Source of the DNA: Nitrosospira multiformis ATCC 25196
Lineage (GTDB): Bacteria; Pseudomonadota; Gammaproteobacteria; Burkholderiales; Nitrosomonadaceae
Assembly: GCF_000196355.1 (NCBI RefSeq)
Contig: NC_007614.1
Location: 1,290,001-1,322,000, forward strand
Reading direction: 5' to 3'
Length of the DNA: 32,000 bases
Under the pieces are notes generated by a model that made no database searches, was not told the DNA's origin, and saw only the letters and a list, made by a program, of their open reading frames with translations. Below are positions 17,680 through 25,183 of this stretch, piece by piece (position 1 is the stretch's first letter; each line of letters opens with the position of its first letter). Made by a program: the position numbers and the translations under genes.

Positions 17680-17831
17680 AGCTCCGCTGATCCTTGACTG
17701 CGGGTCGTTGCGTGGCCATGGAAATGACTGCCTTCCCTGAGTGCCATTTGAGAATGCGGCAGCTCTGAAAAACGCTTCAGTTCAATAATTGTTTATTAAA
17801 CCTGTATCGAACCAAAATTGGTTTATTGCTT

Positions 17832-18236
17832 TCAGATCATCACACCTTTTTGCTGAGTGGGTATCTCGAAATAATTTTCTTCGGATTGAAATACCATCGT
17901 GCCGATGAATAGGCTGACGATTGTGACCACGATACTCGCAAAGAACGCAGTCCAGAATCCAGAAACCCTGAATCCCGGAACGAGCGCCGATACCAGCATC
18001 ATCATAAGAGCATTGATAACCAGCAGGAAAAAGCCGAAGGTGATCAATGTCAGCGGGATGGTCAGAATGATAATGACAGGCTTCACGACAGCATTGACCA
18101 GGCCCAACAGCAAAGCGGATATGAGCAGTGATTTTTTACTGCTGAATGAAATCCCATTAAACATCAGGCTCGCTACCCATAGCGAGAGCGATGTAACGCC
18201 CCAATGGGCCAGAAATGCCATCATGTTATCCAGCAT
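17832..18236 (-). CDS. Small integral membrane protein, phage-holin-4/DUF360 (YvlD-like) family
   Basis: It is 134 aa with four predicted TM segments. The motif region LLLGLVNAVVKPVIIILTIPLTLITFGFFLLVINALMMML is typical of this family as I remember it. Confidence 0.6.
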   Translation of the reverse strand: MLDNMMAFLAHWGVTSLSLWVASLMFNGISFSSKKSLLISALLLGLVNAVVKPVIIILTIPLTLITFGFFLLVINALMMMLVSALVPGFRVSGFWTAFFASIVVTIVSLFIGTMVFQSEENYFEIPTQQKGVMI

Positions 18237-18505
18237 TTTTCAGTCCTGATTTCCAGGGTCATATTTAATTGGTATATTAGCAGCTATGGGCGGCGAGCAG
18301 CGAGTTTCGCATGATAGTACATTTGCCTTTGGGGATATCGGAAAATTTTACAGTGATTTTACTGTTGTTTGGGAAGAACGGCTCTTCAGGCGAGGCTAAG
18401 GGGATGGCGCGGATCCTGCTTGTTTTTGAAGTACGACGTTTCCGTACCGGCTCTGGTGTATTGCGCAAGCTGCGGTATTTTTAGGTTCCACGAATATTGT
18501 AGGGT

Positions 18506-18533
18506 GGGGTGAAGAGTGCGGCGTCTTCACCCC
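18506..18533. other. GC-rich hairpin (GGGGTGAAGA-8 nt-TCTTCACCCC) in the long leader of the c-di-GMP gene
   Basis: Read directly: a 10-bp perfect stem with no U-tract. Confidence 0.5.
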
Positions 18534-18741
18534 CATCTAAATAAGGGATAAATCCGGATAATCAATCGGTACGCAAGCGGATGAGATTCTTTCCGCTTTC
18601 ATCCGGGTTGGAATGGGAGCAGCGATAGTATATGTGAGGGAACAGATTGGGTGTGAAGCGCGGATTGGATTGGGAATCGAACAAAAATTTATTAGCCCTG
18701 GACGGATCCAGTGTTAAACAGGTATTAAAACGGAAAATTCG

Positions 18742-21012
18742 ATGACGTCTTCTTCCGATATTCTTAATGCCCGGATTTTAGTGGTCGACGACCGGAAAGG
18801 TAATGCCGAGCTCCTTCATGGCATGCTTTCGAGCGCAGGTTATACTTCAATCACCTGCACCATGAATCCCCGGGAAGTATGCGATCTTCATCGCGCCAAT
18901 CGGTATGATCTCATCCTCCTCGATCTGATGATGCCGGGAATGGATGGATTTCAGGTGATGGAATGCTTGAGAGAAATAGAATCAAGCGGGTTACAGGTTC
19001 AATCTCAAGGTGAGCGCACGGCTCTTCCCGTCCTGGTAATCACTGCCCAGCCGCAGCATAAGGAGAGAGCCTTGCGGGCAGGGGCCAAAGGTTTTATTAC
19101 TAAACCTTTTGACCGTCTGCAGATGCTGACCCATATTCATGACGTGCTTGAGATCAGGCAGTTGCAGAAACAGCTGCAGAAATTTGCGGTACGCAGTGAA
19201 GGTGTGTCAGAGGAGAAAATTTTTCCCCGGGAAACCGGGGATTTGTTTGATCAGCTTGCGGGTAACCTTCCCCAGGTGTTCTGGATCTGGGATGTTCACG
19301 ACCAAACCTTTCGCTACATTAACCCTGAGTGGGAGAAAATGACAGGGCAGCGGGTTGGCCGGGGAGATAGGCTGGAAAAGATTTTCGAAGCCGTGCACCC
19401 CGAGGACATGGAGCGTGTCCTGCGCGAAGCGGCAGATCTGCCACGGGGGGGAGTGGACCATGATTACCGGTTGCTATTACCGGATATGTCGATACGCTGG
19501 GTTCATTCGCGCACTTTCCCTATCAAGGATTCAGCCGGCGTGCATCGAATCGTAGGGGTAATGGATGACATCACCCAGCGCAAGCAGGCCGACCAGCAGT
19601 TGCTGCAGGTATCCCGTTATGACGCGCTCACGCATCTTCCCAACCGTATCCTGTTTTATGAGTCACTGCGCAAGGTAATCAAACAATCTGAAATGAATCA
19701 TCGGATCGTTTCGGTATTGTTTCTCGATATCGATAACTTCAAAAATATAAATGATACGCTGGGTTTCGCACTGGGAGATGAACTGCTGCGTGAGTTCAGT
19801 CTTCGTTTGCTGGAATGCCTGCGTGTAACCGATATCGTCGCGCGCATCGGAGGAGATGAATTTGGTTGCATTCTTGTCAGTGCTGACGATTTGGGAAATG
19901 CGGGCCTGGTGGCAAGCAAGATCAGGGAAGCGTTGCGTCAACCCTTCGATTTGCAGGGACATCAGGTCACGGTAACAGCGAGTATCGGAATCAGTGTGTA
20001 CCCGATAGATTCAATCGATGCCGATACGCTCGTAAAAAATGGGGATACTGCGATGTATCAGTCCAAGACGGCAGGCAGGGATACCTATCGCTTCTTTACG
20101 CCGGAAATGAATATTCGGGCAATCGAGAAGCTCGACCAGGAAAATGCTTTGCGGAAGGCGCTCGATCGGGAGGAGTTTGTCTTGCATTATCAGCCGAAAG
20201 TGGATCTCTCCAACGGATGGGTCACCGGCATGGAAGCGCTCCTGAGATGGAAGCGGCCCGAACATGGCGTGGTGGAGCCGCTGGAATTCATTCCGGCACT
20301 CGAACAGACTGGATTGATAACCCGAGTGGGCGCCTGGGTTATCGAGAGCGTATGCAGACAGATTGCGGAGTGGCGTCATGCGGGGATAGGAGAAATCCCG
20401 GTTTCAGTCAATGTCTCGGGAAGGCAGTTTTCGCGGAGCACCTTGAACCAGGATGTCATTCGGGCAACTCAGGCGAACGGCATCCAACCCGCACTCCTCG
20501 AATTCGAATTGCAGACGGAAAGAGCATTGCGGGAAAACAGCATCGATTCCGATCTGCTGGAACTGGAGCTGACGGAAAGCTCTTTGATGATGCATGCAAA
20601 GAAGACAGTAAGTATCCTACAGAGATTGAAGGCACTCGGAATCCAGATCTCGATCGATGACTTCGGAACCGGTTATTCAAGCCTGGCATACGTAAAACGG
20701 TTTCCAATAGATGTGCTGAAGATCGACCGTTCTTTTATCCAGGAGATCACCACAAATTCCGCCGATGCCGCCATTACGACTGCAATCATCGACATGGCCC
20801 ACAGCCTTCATGTGAGAGTGGTAGCGGAGGGTGTGGAAACTGCCGAACAATTTGATTTTCTGAAAGGAAGAGGGTGCGACGAAGTACAGGGTTTCTACTT
20901 GTCACCTCCGCTCCCTGCAAACGAAATATCCCAATTGCTATTGAGCGGAAATCGGCGGCTTAAACCCACTCCATGCCGGCCCAATACTGGCGAATCTGCC
21001 TGTAGTTCTTGA
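18742..21012 (+). CDS. Response-regulator receiver-PAS-GGDEF-EAL protein (c-di-GMP turnover)
   Basis: REC domain: ILVVDD, DLILLDLMMPGMDG, ITKPF. PAS domain: FWIWDVHDQTFRYINPEWEKMTGQ. GGDEF is intact (RIGGDEFG), EAL is intact (MEALLRW), and DDFGTGYSSL and EGVE are present. Confidence 0.92.
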   Translation: MTSSSDILNARILVVDDRKGNAELLHGMLSSAGYTSITCTMNPREVCDLHRANRYDLILLDLMMPGMDGFQVMECLREIESSGLQVQSQGERTALPVLVITAQPQHKERALRAGAKGFITKPFDRLQMLTHIHDVLEIRQLQKQLQKFAVRSEGVSEEKIFPRETGDLFDQLAGNLPQVFWIWDVHDQTFRYINPEWEKMTGQRVGRGDRLEKIFEAVHPEDMERVLREAADLPRGGVDHDYRLLLPDMSIRWVHSRTFPIKDSAGVHRIVGVMDDITQRKQADQQLLQVSRYDALTHLPNRILFYESLRKVIKQSEMNHRIVSVLFLDIDNFKNINDTLGFALGDELLREFSLRLLECLRVTDIVARIGGDEFGCILVSADDLGNAGLVASKIREALRQPFDLQGHQVTVTASIGISVYPIDSIDADTLVKNGDTAMYQSKTAGRDTYRFFTPEMNIRAIEKLDQENALRKALDREEFVLHYQPKVDLSNGWVTGMEALLRWKRPEHGVVEPLEFIPALEQTGLITRVGAWVIESVCRQIAEWRHAGIGEIPVSVNVSGRQFSRSTLNQDVIRATQANGIQPALLEFELQTERALRENSIDSDLLELELTESSLMMHAKKTVSILQRLKALGIQISIDDFGTGYSSLAYVKRFPIDVLKIDRSFIQEITTNSADAAITTAIIDMAHSLHVRVVAEGVETAEQFDFLKGRGCDEVQGFYLSPPLPANEISQLLLSGNRRLKPTPCRPNTGESACSS
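20494..20579 (+). repeat. Diverged local duplication inside the EAL domain (LLEFELQTE.. / LLELELTES)
   Basis: CTCCTCGAATTCGAATTGCAGACGGAAAG (20494-20522) aligns with CTGCTGGAACTGGAGCTGACGGAAAG (20554-20579). The effect is about 20 extra residues just before the conserved E-L-T-E motif. Confidence 0.7.
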
Positions 21013-21256
21013 GATTGAGCCTGGCAGATTTTCCCGTCACCGCCCCCAAGGGTGTTCAGGGATTCCTTGACGTCTCATCGAGCGCCACCATGTCGCTAGT
21101 CGGGCGCTACCCCAAGCCGAGCGTAAGGAGAAAAGAAGAAGAGGGGTATAAATTCAGGATCAGGACGGAGAGCATTACTGTGGGGCCTGGAACGGGTAAA
21201 ATATATATCCGTTGCTTCCTGTCACTCTCTTTTATCTCTCATAATTTGTTTTGTTC

Positions 21257-22030
21257 ATGAGCATGCGCTTTGCCTGTTTGGGAAGTGGTTCGCAGGGCAA
21301 CGCTCTGGTAGTCGAAGCGGGGAACACCCGGTTGTTACTGGATTGTGGCTTTACGCTCCGGGAAACCGTTATTCGCCTCGCCCGGCTCGGGCTCGAACCG
21401 GACACCATAGATGCCGTTGTCGTAACTCATGAGCATAGTGATCATATTTGCGGTGTTGCCCGGTTTGCCCGCAAGTTCGGTATTCCTGTCTGGCTGACGC
21501 ATGGCACGTTGCGCAGTGCGGGGAAAGCGTTCGGGAAGCTGCCAGGAGTCAATATCATAGAAGGTTATCAGCGTTTTTCCATCGGGGCCATCGAAGTAGA
21601 GCCTTACCCGGTTCCGCATGATGCAGAGGAGCCTGCGCAATTCGTGTTTGGAAACGGTTCACTGCGACTGGGCGTATTGACTGATACAGGTTGCTCGACT
21701 CCCCATATCGAAGCTGTCCTGAATGAATGTGACGCTCTTGTGCTGGAATGCAACCATGATGCCCGGATGCTGGCAAACAGCGATTATCCGGAAAGCCTGA
21801 AGCGGAGGGTGGGAGGGCGTTTCGGTCATCTTGAGAATGCTGCTTCGGCAAGTCTTCTCGCCAAACTTAATTGCAACCGTCTGCAGCATGTCATAGCAGC
21901 CCATCTGAGCCAGAAGAACAATACCCCTCCGCTTGTGCAGGGAATGCTGAGCAATGCTTTAAACTGTGAAGCGGCCTGGATTGGCGTAGCCACGCAGAGC
22001 GAGGGTTTTGAATGGCGCCAGTTATTCTGA
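21257..22030 (+). CDS. MBL-fold metallo-hydrolase
   Basis: It has HEHSDH (HxHxDH), the N-terminal LGSGSQGNA, and is about 257 aa. The start is ATG 21257 or 21263. Confidence 0.85.
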   Translation: MSMRFACLGSGSQGNALVVEAGNTRLLLDCGFTLRETVIRLARLGLEPDTIDAVVVTHEHSDHICGVARFARKFGIPVWLTHGTLRSAGKAFGKLPGVNIIEGYQRFSIGAIEVEPYPVPHDAEEPAQFVFGNGSLRLGVLTDTGCSTPHIEAVLNECDALVLECNHDARMLANSDYPESLKRRVGGRFGHLENAASASLLAKLNCNRLQHVIAAHLSQKNNTPPLVQGMLSNALNCEAAWIGVATQSEGFEWRQLF

Positions 22031-22060
22031 CAGGAACAGCAAAACCAATAAAACAACAAA

Positions 22061-22080
22061 AAGCCGTCCCGGGACGGCTT
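22061..22080. terminator. Bidirectional intrinsic terminator (AAGCCGTCCC/GGGACGGCTT)
   Basis: It is a perfect 20-bp palindrome flanked by an A-rich run upstream and T-rich sequence downstream. It lies between the convergent MBL gene and lipoprotein gene 1. Confidence 0.75.
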
Positions 22081-22102
22081 CGTTTATTACGTTAAAAGCG
22101 TT

Positions 22103-22279
22103 TTACTTTACTTCGGAAGAAATGCTGGATTCGACAGCAGGCTGATCCGGAGTTGAGGATCCTTGCGACATGATTTTCGAGTAGTTTTCCTTTTCCTGCT
22201 CGGGGAGCGCCTGGTTCGGCTTGCCGCAAGCGGTCATTGTCAGTACTACTGTGGCAGCCAGGAGCGAGAGTCTTATCAT
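22103..22279 (-). CDS. Small lipoprotein 1 (58 aa; not in the ORF track)
   Basis: My own translation is MIRLSLLAATVVLTMTACGKPNQALPEQEKENYSKIMSQGSSTPDQPAVESSISSEVK*. It has a signal peptide plus lipobox-like MTAC and a GAGGG SD 4 nt upstream. Its mature N-terminus aligns with lipoprotein 2. Confidence 0.6.
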   Translation of the reverse strand: MIRLSLLAATVVLTMTACGKPNQALPEQEKENYSKIMSQGSSTPDQPAVESSISSEVK

Positions 22280-22313
22280 TTATTCCCTCTTGATAGTTGA
22301 TTATGAAATCAAC

Positions 22314-22343
22314 ATTCTACATCGGAATGCCGTTGTGCTTCAA
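22314..22343 (-). promoter_or_regulatory. Candidate promoter of lipoprotein gene 1 (TTGAAG-18 nt-TAGAAT)
   Basis: Read on the minus strand. The -10 lies about 35 nt upstream of the start codon. Confidence 0.4.
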
Positions 22344-22453
22344 GAGACAAGGAGAATAAGGAAGCTCGGGTCGCTGATAAGCGGCGTGGGACAGGTCATC
22401 AGGCGAGTGTGTTCGCTTGCTCCTGTCATTCGGGGAGCTCGAAATATTTGGAC

Positions 22454-22484
22454 AAAAAAAACCATCCGAAGGGATGGTTTTTTT
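22454..22484. terminator. Bidirectional intrinsic terminator (A-run, AACCATCC-GAAG-GGATGGTT, T-run)
   Basis: Read directly. It lies immediately downstream of lipoprotein gene 2. Confidence 0.75.
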
Positions 22485-22499
22485 GCCTGGCATCTAGAC

Positions 22500-22817
22500 T
22501 TAGTGTCCTTCCGGTATTGCGCTTTGTCCCTCGGGAAGGGGGTTGCCATTCCCGTCGAGTTTATGCCCAGGGAGAACAGCTTGTCCGGAGTATTCATCAT
22601 CCGGATTTGTGCCAGCGGCTGAAGCCGTTGAGTCGCCGGCCGGAGCTGCTGAACTCTTGTCGCCAGCAGCCGCGCCACGCTCTTGATCCAGAGTCGTACC
22701 TTCTTCAGTCCGGGTTCCATACGACGTCGAATTTGCAGGCAAGGCCTGTTCCGGTCTTTTGCATGCGGAAAGAGCGAGTGCTGCCATCAAAGCTGCGGCG
22801 AGAAGTGAAAGTTTCAT
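22500..22817 (-). CDS. Small lipoprotein 2 (105 aa, low-complexity A/G/S/T/P/D/E tail)
   Basis: It starts MKLSLLAAALMAALALSAC (signal peptide plus LSAC lipobox). AAGGA SD lies 9 nt upstream and a terminator follows. Confidence 0.7.
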   Translation of the reverse strand: MKLSLLAAALMAALALSACKRPEQALPANSTSYGTRTEEGTTLDQERGAAAGDKSSAAPAGDSTASAAGTNPDDEYSGQAVLPGHKLDGNGNPLPEGQSAIPEGH

Positions 22818-22862
22818 TGTCGAGCGTCCTTAATAAAAATGAAATGATATGACGAGAATCAC

Positions 22863-22889
22863 ATTATATAATAAAAAATTTCCATTCAA
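22863..22889 (-). promoter_or_regulatory. Candidate promoter of lipoprotein gene 2 (TTGAAT-15 nt-TATAAT)
   Basis: Read on the minus strand in a very AT-rich spacer. The -10 is perfect but the spacing is short. Confidence 0.35.
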
Positions 22890-22968
22890 TCGAAATTTCC
22901 TGCCTCTTGAAGCACTGAGTTTGCAGATCGCACTTTATCGACTGATGAAGGTTGCCTTTTGGCCGCCG

Positions 22969-23178
22969 TTATTGTGCCGGAGCCTCCCGCTTGGTATCGC
23001 CGCCGACAGGTGCTGGTGTATTCCCCGCAGGTTCTTCTTTATCAAGTTCGCTGAAATCGGGTGCCGAATCGCGCTCGACCATCGCGGAGGGTGGGGGTTT
23101 ATCCATAGGATGTTTTTTGTATTCACAAGCGGACAGCGCAGCAGCTGCCAGCACAATGGCAAGGAGTGAGTATTTCAT
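22969..23178 (-). CDS. Small lipoprotein 3 (69 aa, P/E/D/A-rich tail)
   Basis: It starts MKYSLLAIVLAAAALSAC (LSAC lipobox), and the rest has no hydrophobic core. Confidence 0.65.
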   Translation of the reverse strand: MKYSLLAIVLAAAALSACEYKKHPMDKPPPSAMVERDSAPDFSELDKEEPAGNTPAPVGGDTKREAPAQ

Positions 23179-23213
23179 TATTCAATCATCCTATAGAGTA
23201 GTGCAAAAACGAT

Positions 23214-23241
23214 AGTGTAACAGAAGCGTTTGAGGATTCAA
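23214..23241 (-). promoter_or_regulatory. Candidate promoter of lipoprotein gene 3 (TTGAAT-16 nt-TACACT)
   Basis: The minus strand reads GATTTGAATCCTCAAACGCTTCTGTTACACT. This is alignable with the gene 4 promoter region. Confidence 0.4.
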
Positions 23242-23293
23242 ATCCCCTTGCTCCGGTCCTTCTCTTTCTGGAGCGGAGCCTGGACCTGGCCAT

Positions 23294-23325
23294 AAAAAAG
23301 GCCGTCCCGGGGGACGGCCTTTTTT
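23294..23325. terminator. Bidirectional intrinsic terminator (A6-GGCCGTCCC..GGGACGGCC-T6)
   Basis: Read directly, downstream of lipoprotein gene 4. The core is nearly identical to the 22061-22080 hairpin. Confidence 0.8.
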
Positions 23326-23346
23326 AACGCTTGGTTAGGCGTATTG

Positions 23347-23571
23347 TTACTTTGCCTCATCTTTCGGTGGTTCATCTTTCTTTGTCTCCGTCCCGGCACC
23401 TTCTTTCTGGGCCGCTTCAATGTCCGCATCACTGAGCTGTCCCTCACGTTTCTCCCAAAGGCTCGGCGGATATTGACCAGGCTTTCCTTCTCCCGGCTGG
23501 TGCTGTTTCATTTGATCGCATGCGGAAAATGCCAATGTTACCAACGCTGCAGCGAGGAGCGAGTACTTCAT
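23347..23571 (-). CDS. Small lipoprotein 4 (74 aa, K/E/P/G-rich tail)
   Basis: I use the internal ATG 23571, which has an AAGGAG SD. The product starts MKYSLLAAALVTLAFSACDQMKQ (FSAC lipobox, Asp at +2). The longer track ORF (to 23667) has no support. Confidence 0.7.
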   Translation of the reverse strand: MKYSLLAAALVTLAFSACDQMKQHQPGEGKPGQYPPSLWEKREGQLSDADIEAAQKEGAGTETKKDEPPKDEAK

Positions 23572-23611
23572 TTTTTTAATCTCCTTATAAGGTTTATAAC
23601 AAATCATGGGT

Positions 23612-23639
23612 AAGTTACAAGAGCGTTTCGGCCATTCAA
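23612..23639 (-). promoter_or_regulatory. Candidate promoter of lipoprotein gene 4 (TTGAAT-16 nt-TAACTT)
   Basis: The minus strand reads GATTTGAATGGCCGAAACGCTCTTGTAACTTA. This is paralogous to the gene 3 promoter region. Confidence 0.4.
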
Positions 23640-23895
23640 ATCTGAGCGGACCACCAACTAGCAGCACCTATCGTAACAGCAGAATTGCCATTACTTTAAT
23701 AGCAGAATTAGGAAATATTGTCTAGTCGTTGTATTTTACGCCATTCCAGTATAGGGTCTTTGGTTATCACAAGGCCGATTGAAAAATCCATTTTTTACTG
23801 GAACGGGACTCGGGGAACCTGGGATTGCATTTCTGAATCACTGCATGCCTTCACTGACTTGCTGCTCTGTCTTTTGCTCGGCTCGCCGCATCAGG

Positions 23896-25068
23896 TTACT
23901 TTCTTTCTATTATCGATTCCTGGATTTCCTCAACTGCCCCGGTATCTTCAACATAAACGACGTAACCATCGAGGTACCACTGATATAGCAGCGCCTGTGT
24001 TTCGGCATCGATATCTCTCACAGGGGATAAGGCAAGACGATCGGCCAGCTCTCCTAGTATCCGTTGTGCGGTTTTTCCTACTTCATATACGTCTCCGTTC
24101 AGGAAAATTCTGTTTTCCCTGAAGAGCATGCGGCTTTTCAGATCCAGTTGCAGTTTTCCTTTTCTTATCTGATGCACGAATTTCCGTTCGGATATCGGCT
24201 CCTGAGGAGGCATAAAAAAAACGTGAGGTTTGGGTTCGGTTAAATACATACCGATAAAACGTTCCACTTCAACGTTGTCCCACTCGATTTTGTCGAGCGC
24301 CGCGTTGACCTGATCCAGCATCGCGGAACTGATTTGTCCGGGATGAGTTTGAATCCTGAGATCCGGATCCTCGTAGATACCCGCTATTTCACAGCTGTCC
24401 TGGAGATGAACGAGAAACTGCATCGCGAGCTCCTGATAGGTGGGTGCGCGAAAACCGATGGAATAGGTCATGCAGGGTTCCACCGCAACTCCATCGTGCG
24501 CATAGCCGGGCGGCAAATACAGCATGTCGCCTGGTTCCAGTACCCATTCCTGCTCCGGCCTGAAATCCTGCAGAATCTTGAGCGGTGCGGCGGCCACCAG
24601 CGTTCTGTCCTTCTGGCCCGATATTCGCCAGCGTCTGCGGCCTGTTCCTTGCAGCAGAAAAACGTCGTAGGAGTCAAAGTGGGGCCCCACGCCCCCGTCT
24701 TCGGGAGCGTAGCTGACCATCAGATCATCGAGCCGGGAATGTGGAATGAAGTTGAATTTCAGCAGCAGTTCACGCGCCGCCGGAAGGAAGTGATTGACGT
24801 CCTGCACCAGCAGAGTCCAGCCTTTCTGCGGCAGCCGTGCGAAAGCGCGAGGTGCGAAGGGGCCATGCCTCACCTCCCATCGGCCGTTTCTACGGGTAAC
24901 CAGACGCGATTGCGCATCTTCCTGACAGGCCAGGTCGATAAGCTCATTGGCATCCAGCAGTCCGCTGAAATCCGGCAAGGCTTTGCGTATCAGCAAAGGT
25001 TTTTTCTGCCAATGATCCTGAAGGAAGTCGCTGGGCGAGAGGCCGCCTAAAAGCCGGATTTTCGTCAT
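23896..25068 (-). CDS. roxA: Cupin-4/JmjC-type 2-oxoglutarate oxygenase (ribosomal protein L16 Arg hydroxylase RoxA/YcfD-like)
   Basis: It reads GGVGPHFDSYDVFLLQGTGRRRWRI (HxD) and a distal His in PPGYAHDGVA. It is about 390 aa from ATG 25068. The upstream part of the track ORF overlaps mutL and is rejected. Confidence 0.75.
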   Translation of the reverse strand: MTKIRLLGGLSPSDFLQDHWQKKPLLIRKALPDFSGLLDANELIDLACQEDAQSRLVTRRNGRWEVRHGPFAPRAFARLPQKGWTLLVQDVNHFLPAARELLLKFNFIPHSRLDDLMVSYAPEDGGVGPHFDSYDVFLLQGTGRRRWRISGQKDRTLVAAAPLKILQDFRPEQEWVLEPGDMLYLPPGYAHDGVAVEPCMTYSIGFRAPTYQELAMQFLVHLQDSCEIAGIYEDPDLRIQTHPGQISSAMLDQVNAALDKIEWDNVEVERFIGMYLTEPKPHVFFMPPQEPISERKFVHQIRKGKLQLDLKSRMLFRENRIFLNGDVYEVGKTAQRILGELADRLALSPVRDIDAETQALLYQWYLDGYVVYVEDTGAVEEIQESIIERK

Positions 25069-25183
25069 GGGATTACCGGTGTGAGCGTTTTGGTGAAGGT
25101 AACAATGGCTGCACGACATACAGCGGGGCAACGGTGCAATCATTTCGGACTTTTCCGGCGATAACCGGATGCAAGCAATTCTT

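Noticed and set aside
21009-21260. An 83-aa plus-strand ORF, and a minus-strand frame ending ..ARLNLKNYRQIRQYWAGMEWV* that overlaps the 3' end of the GGDEF-EAL gene.
   Set aside because: Both are short, lack SDs and match nothing I recognise. I considered an IS or integrase relic but found no supporting motif or terminal repeat.
23231-23250. A tRNA T-arm-like GGATTCAAATCC.
   Set aside because: No acceptor, D or anticodon arms can be built around it. On the minus strand it is the TTGAAT -35 element of the lipoprotein gene 3 promoter.
23572-23667. An upstream extension of the lipoprotein 4 track ORF.
   Set aside because: The AAGGAG SD and the signal peptide/lipobox begin at the internal ATG 23571, and the extension covers the predicted promoter.
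24334-25050. A 238-aa plus-strand ORF.
   Set aside because: It is antisense to the roxA-like gene. It is a shadow ORF.
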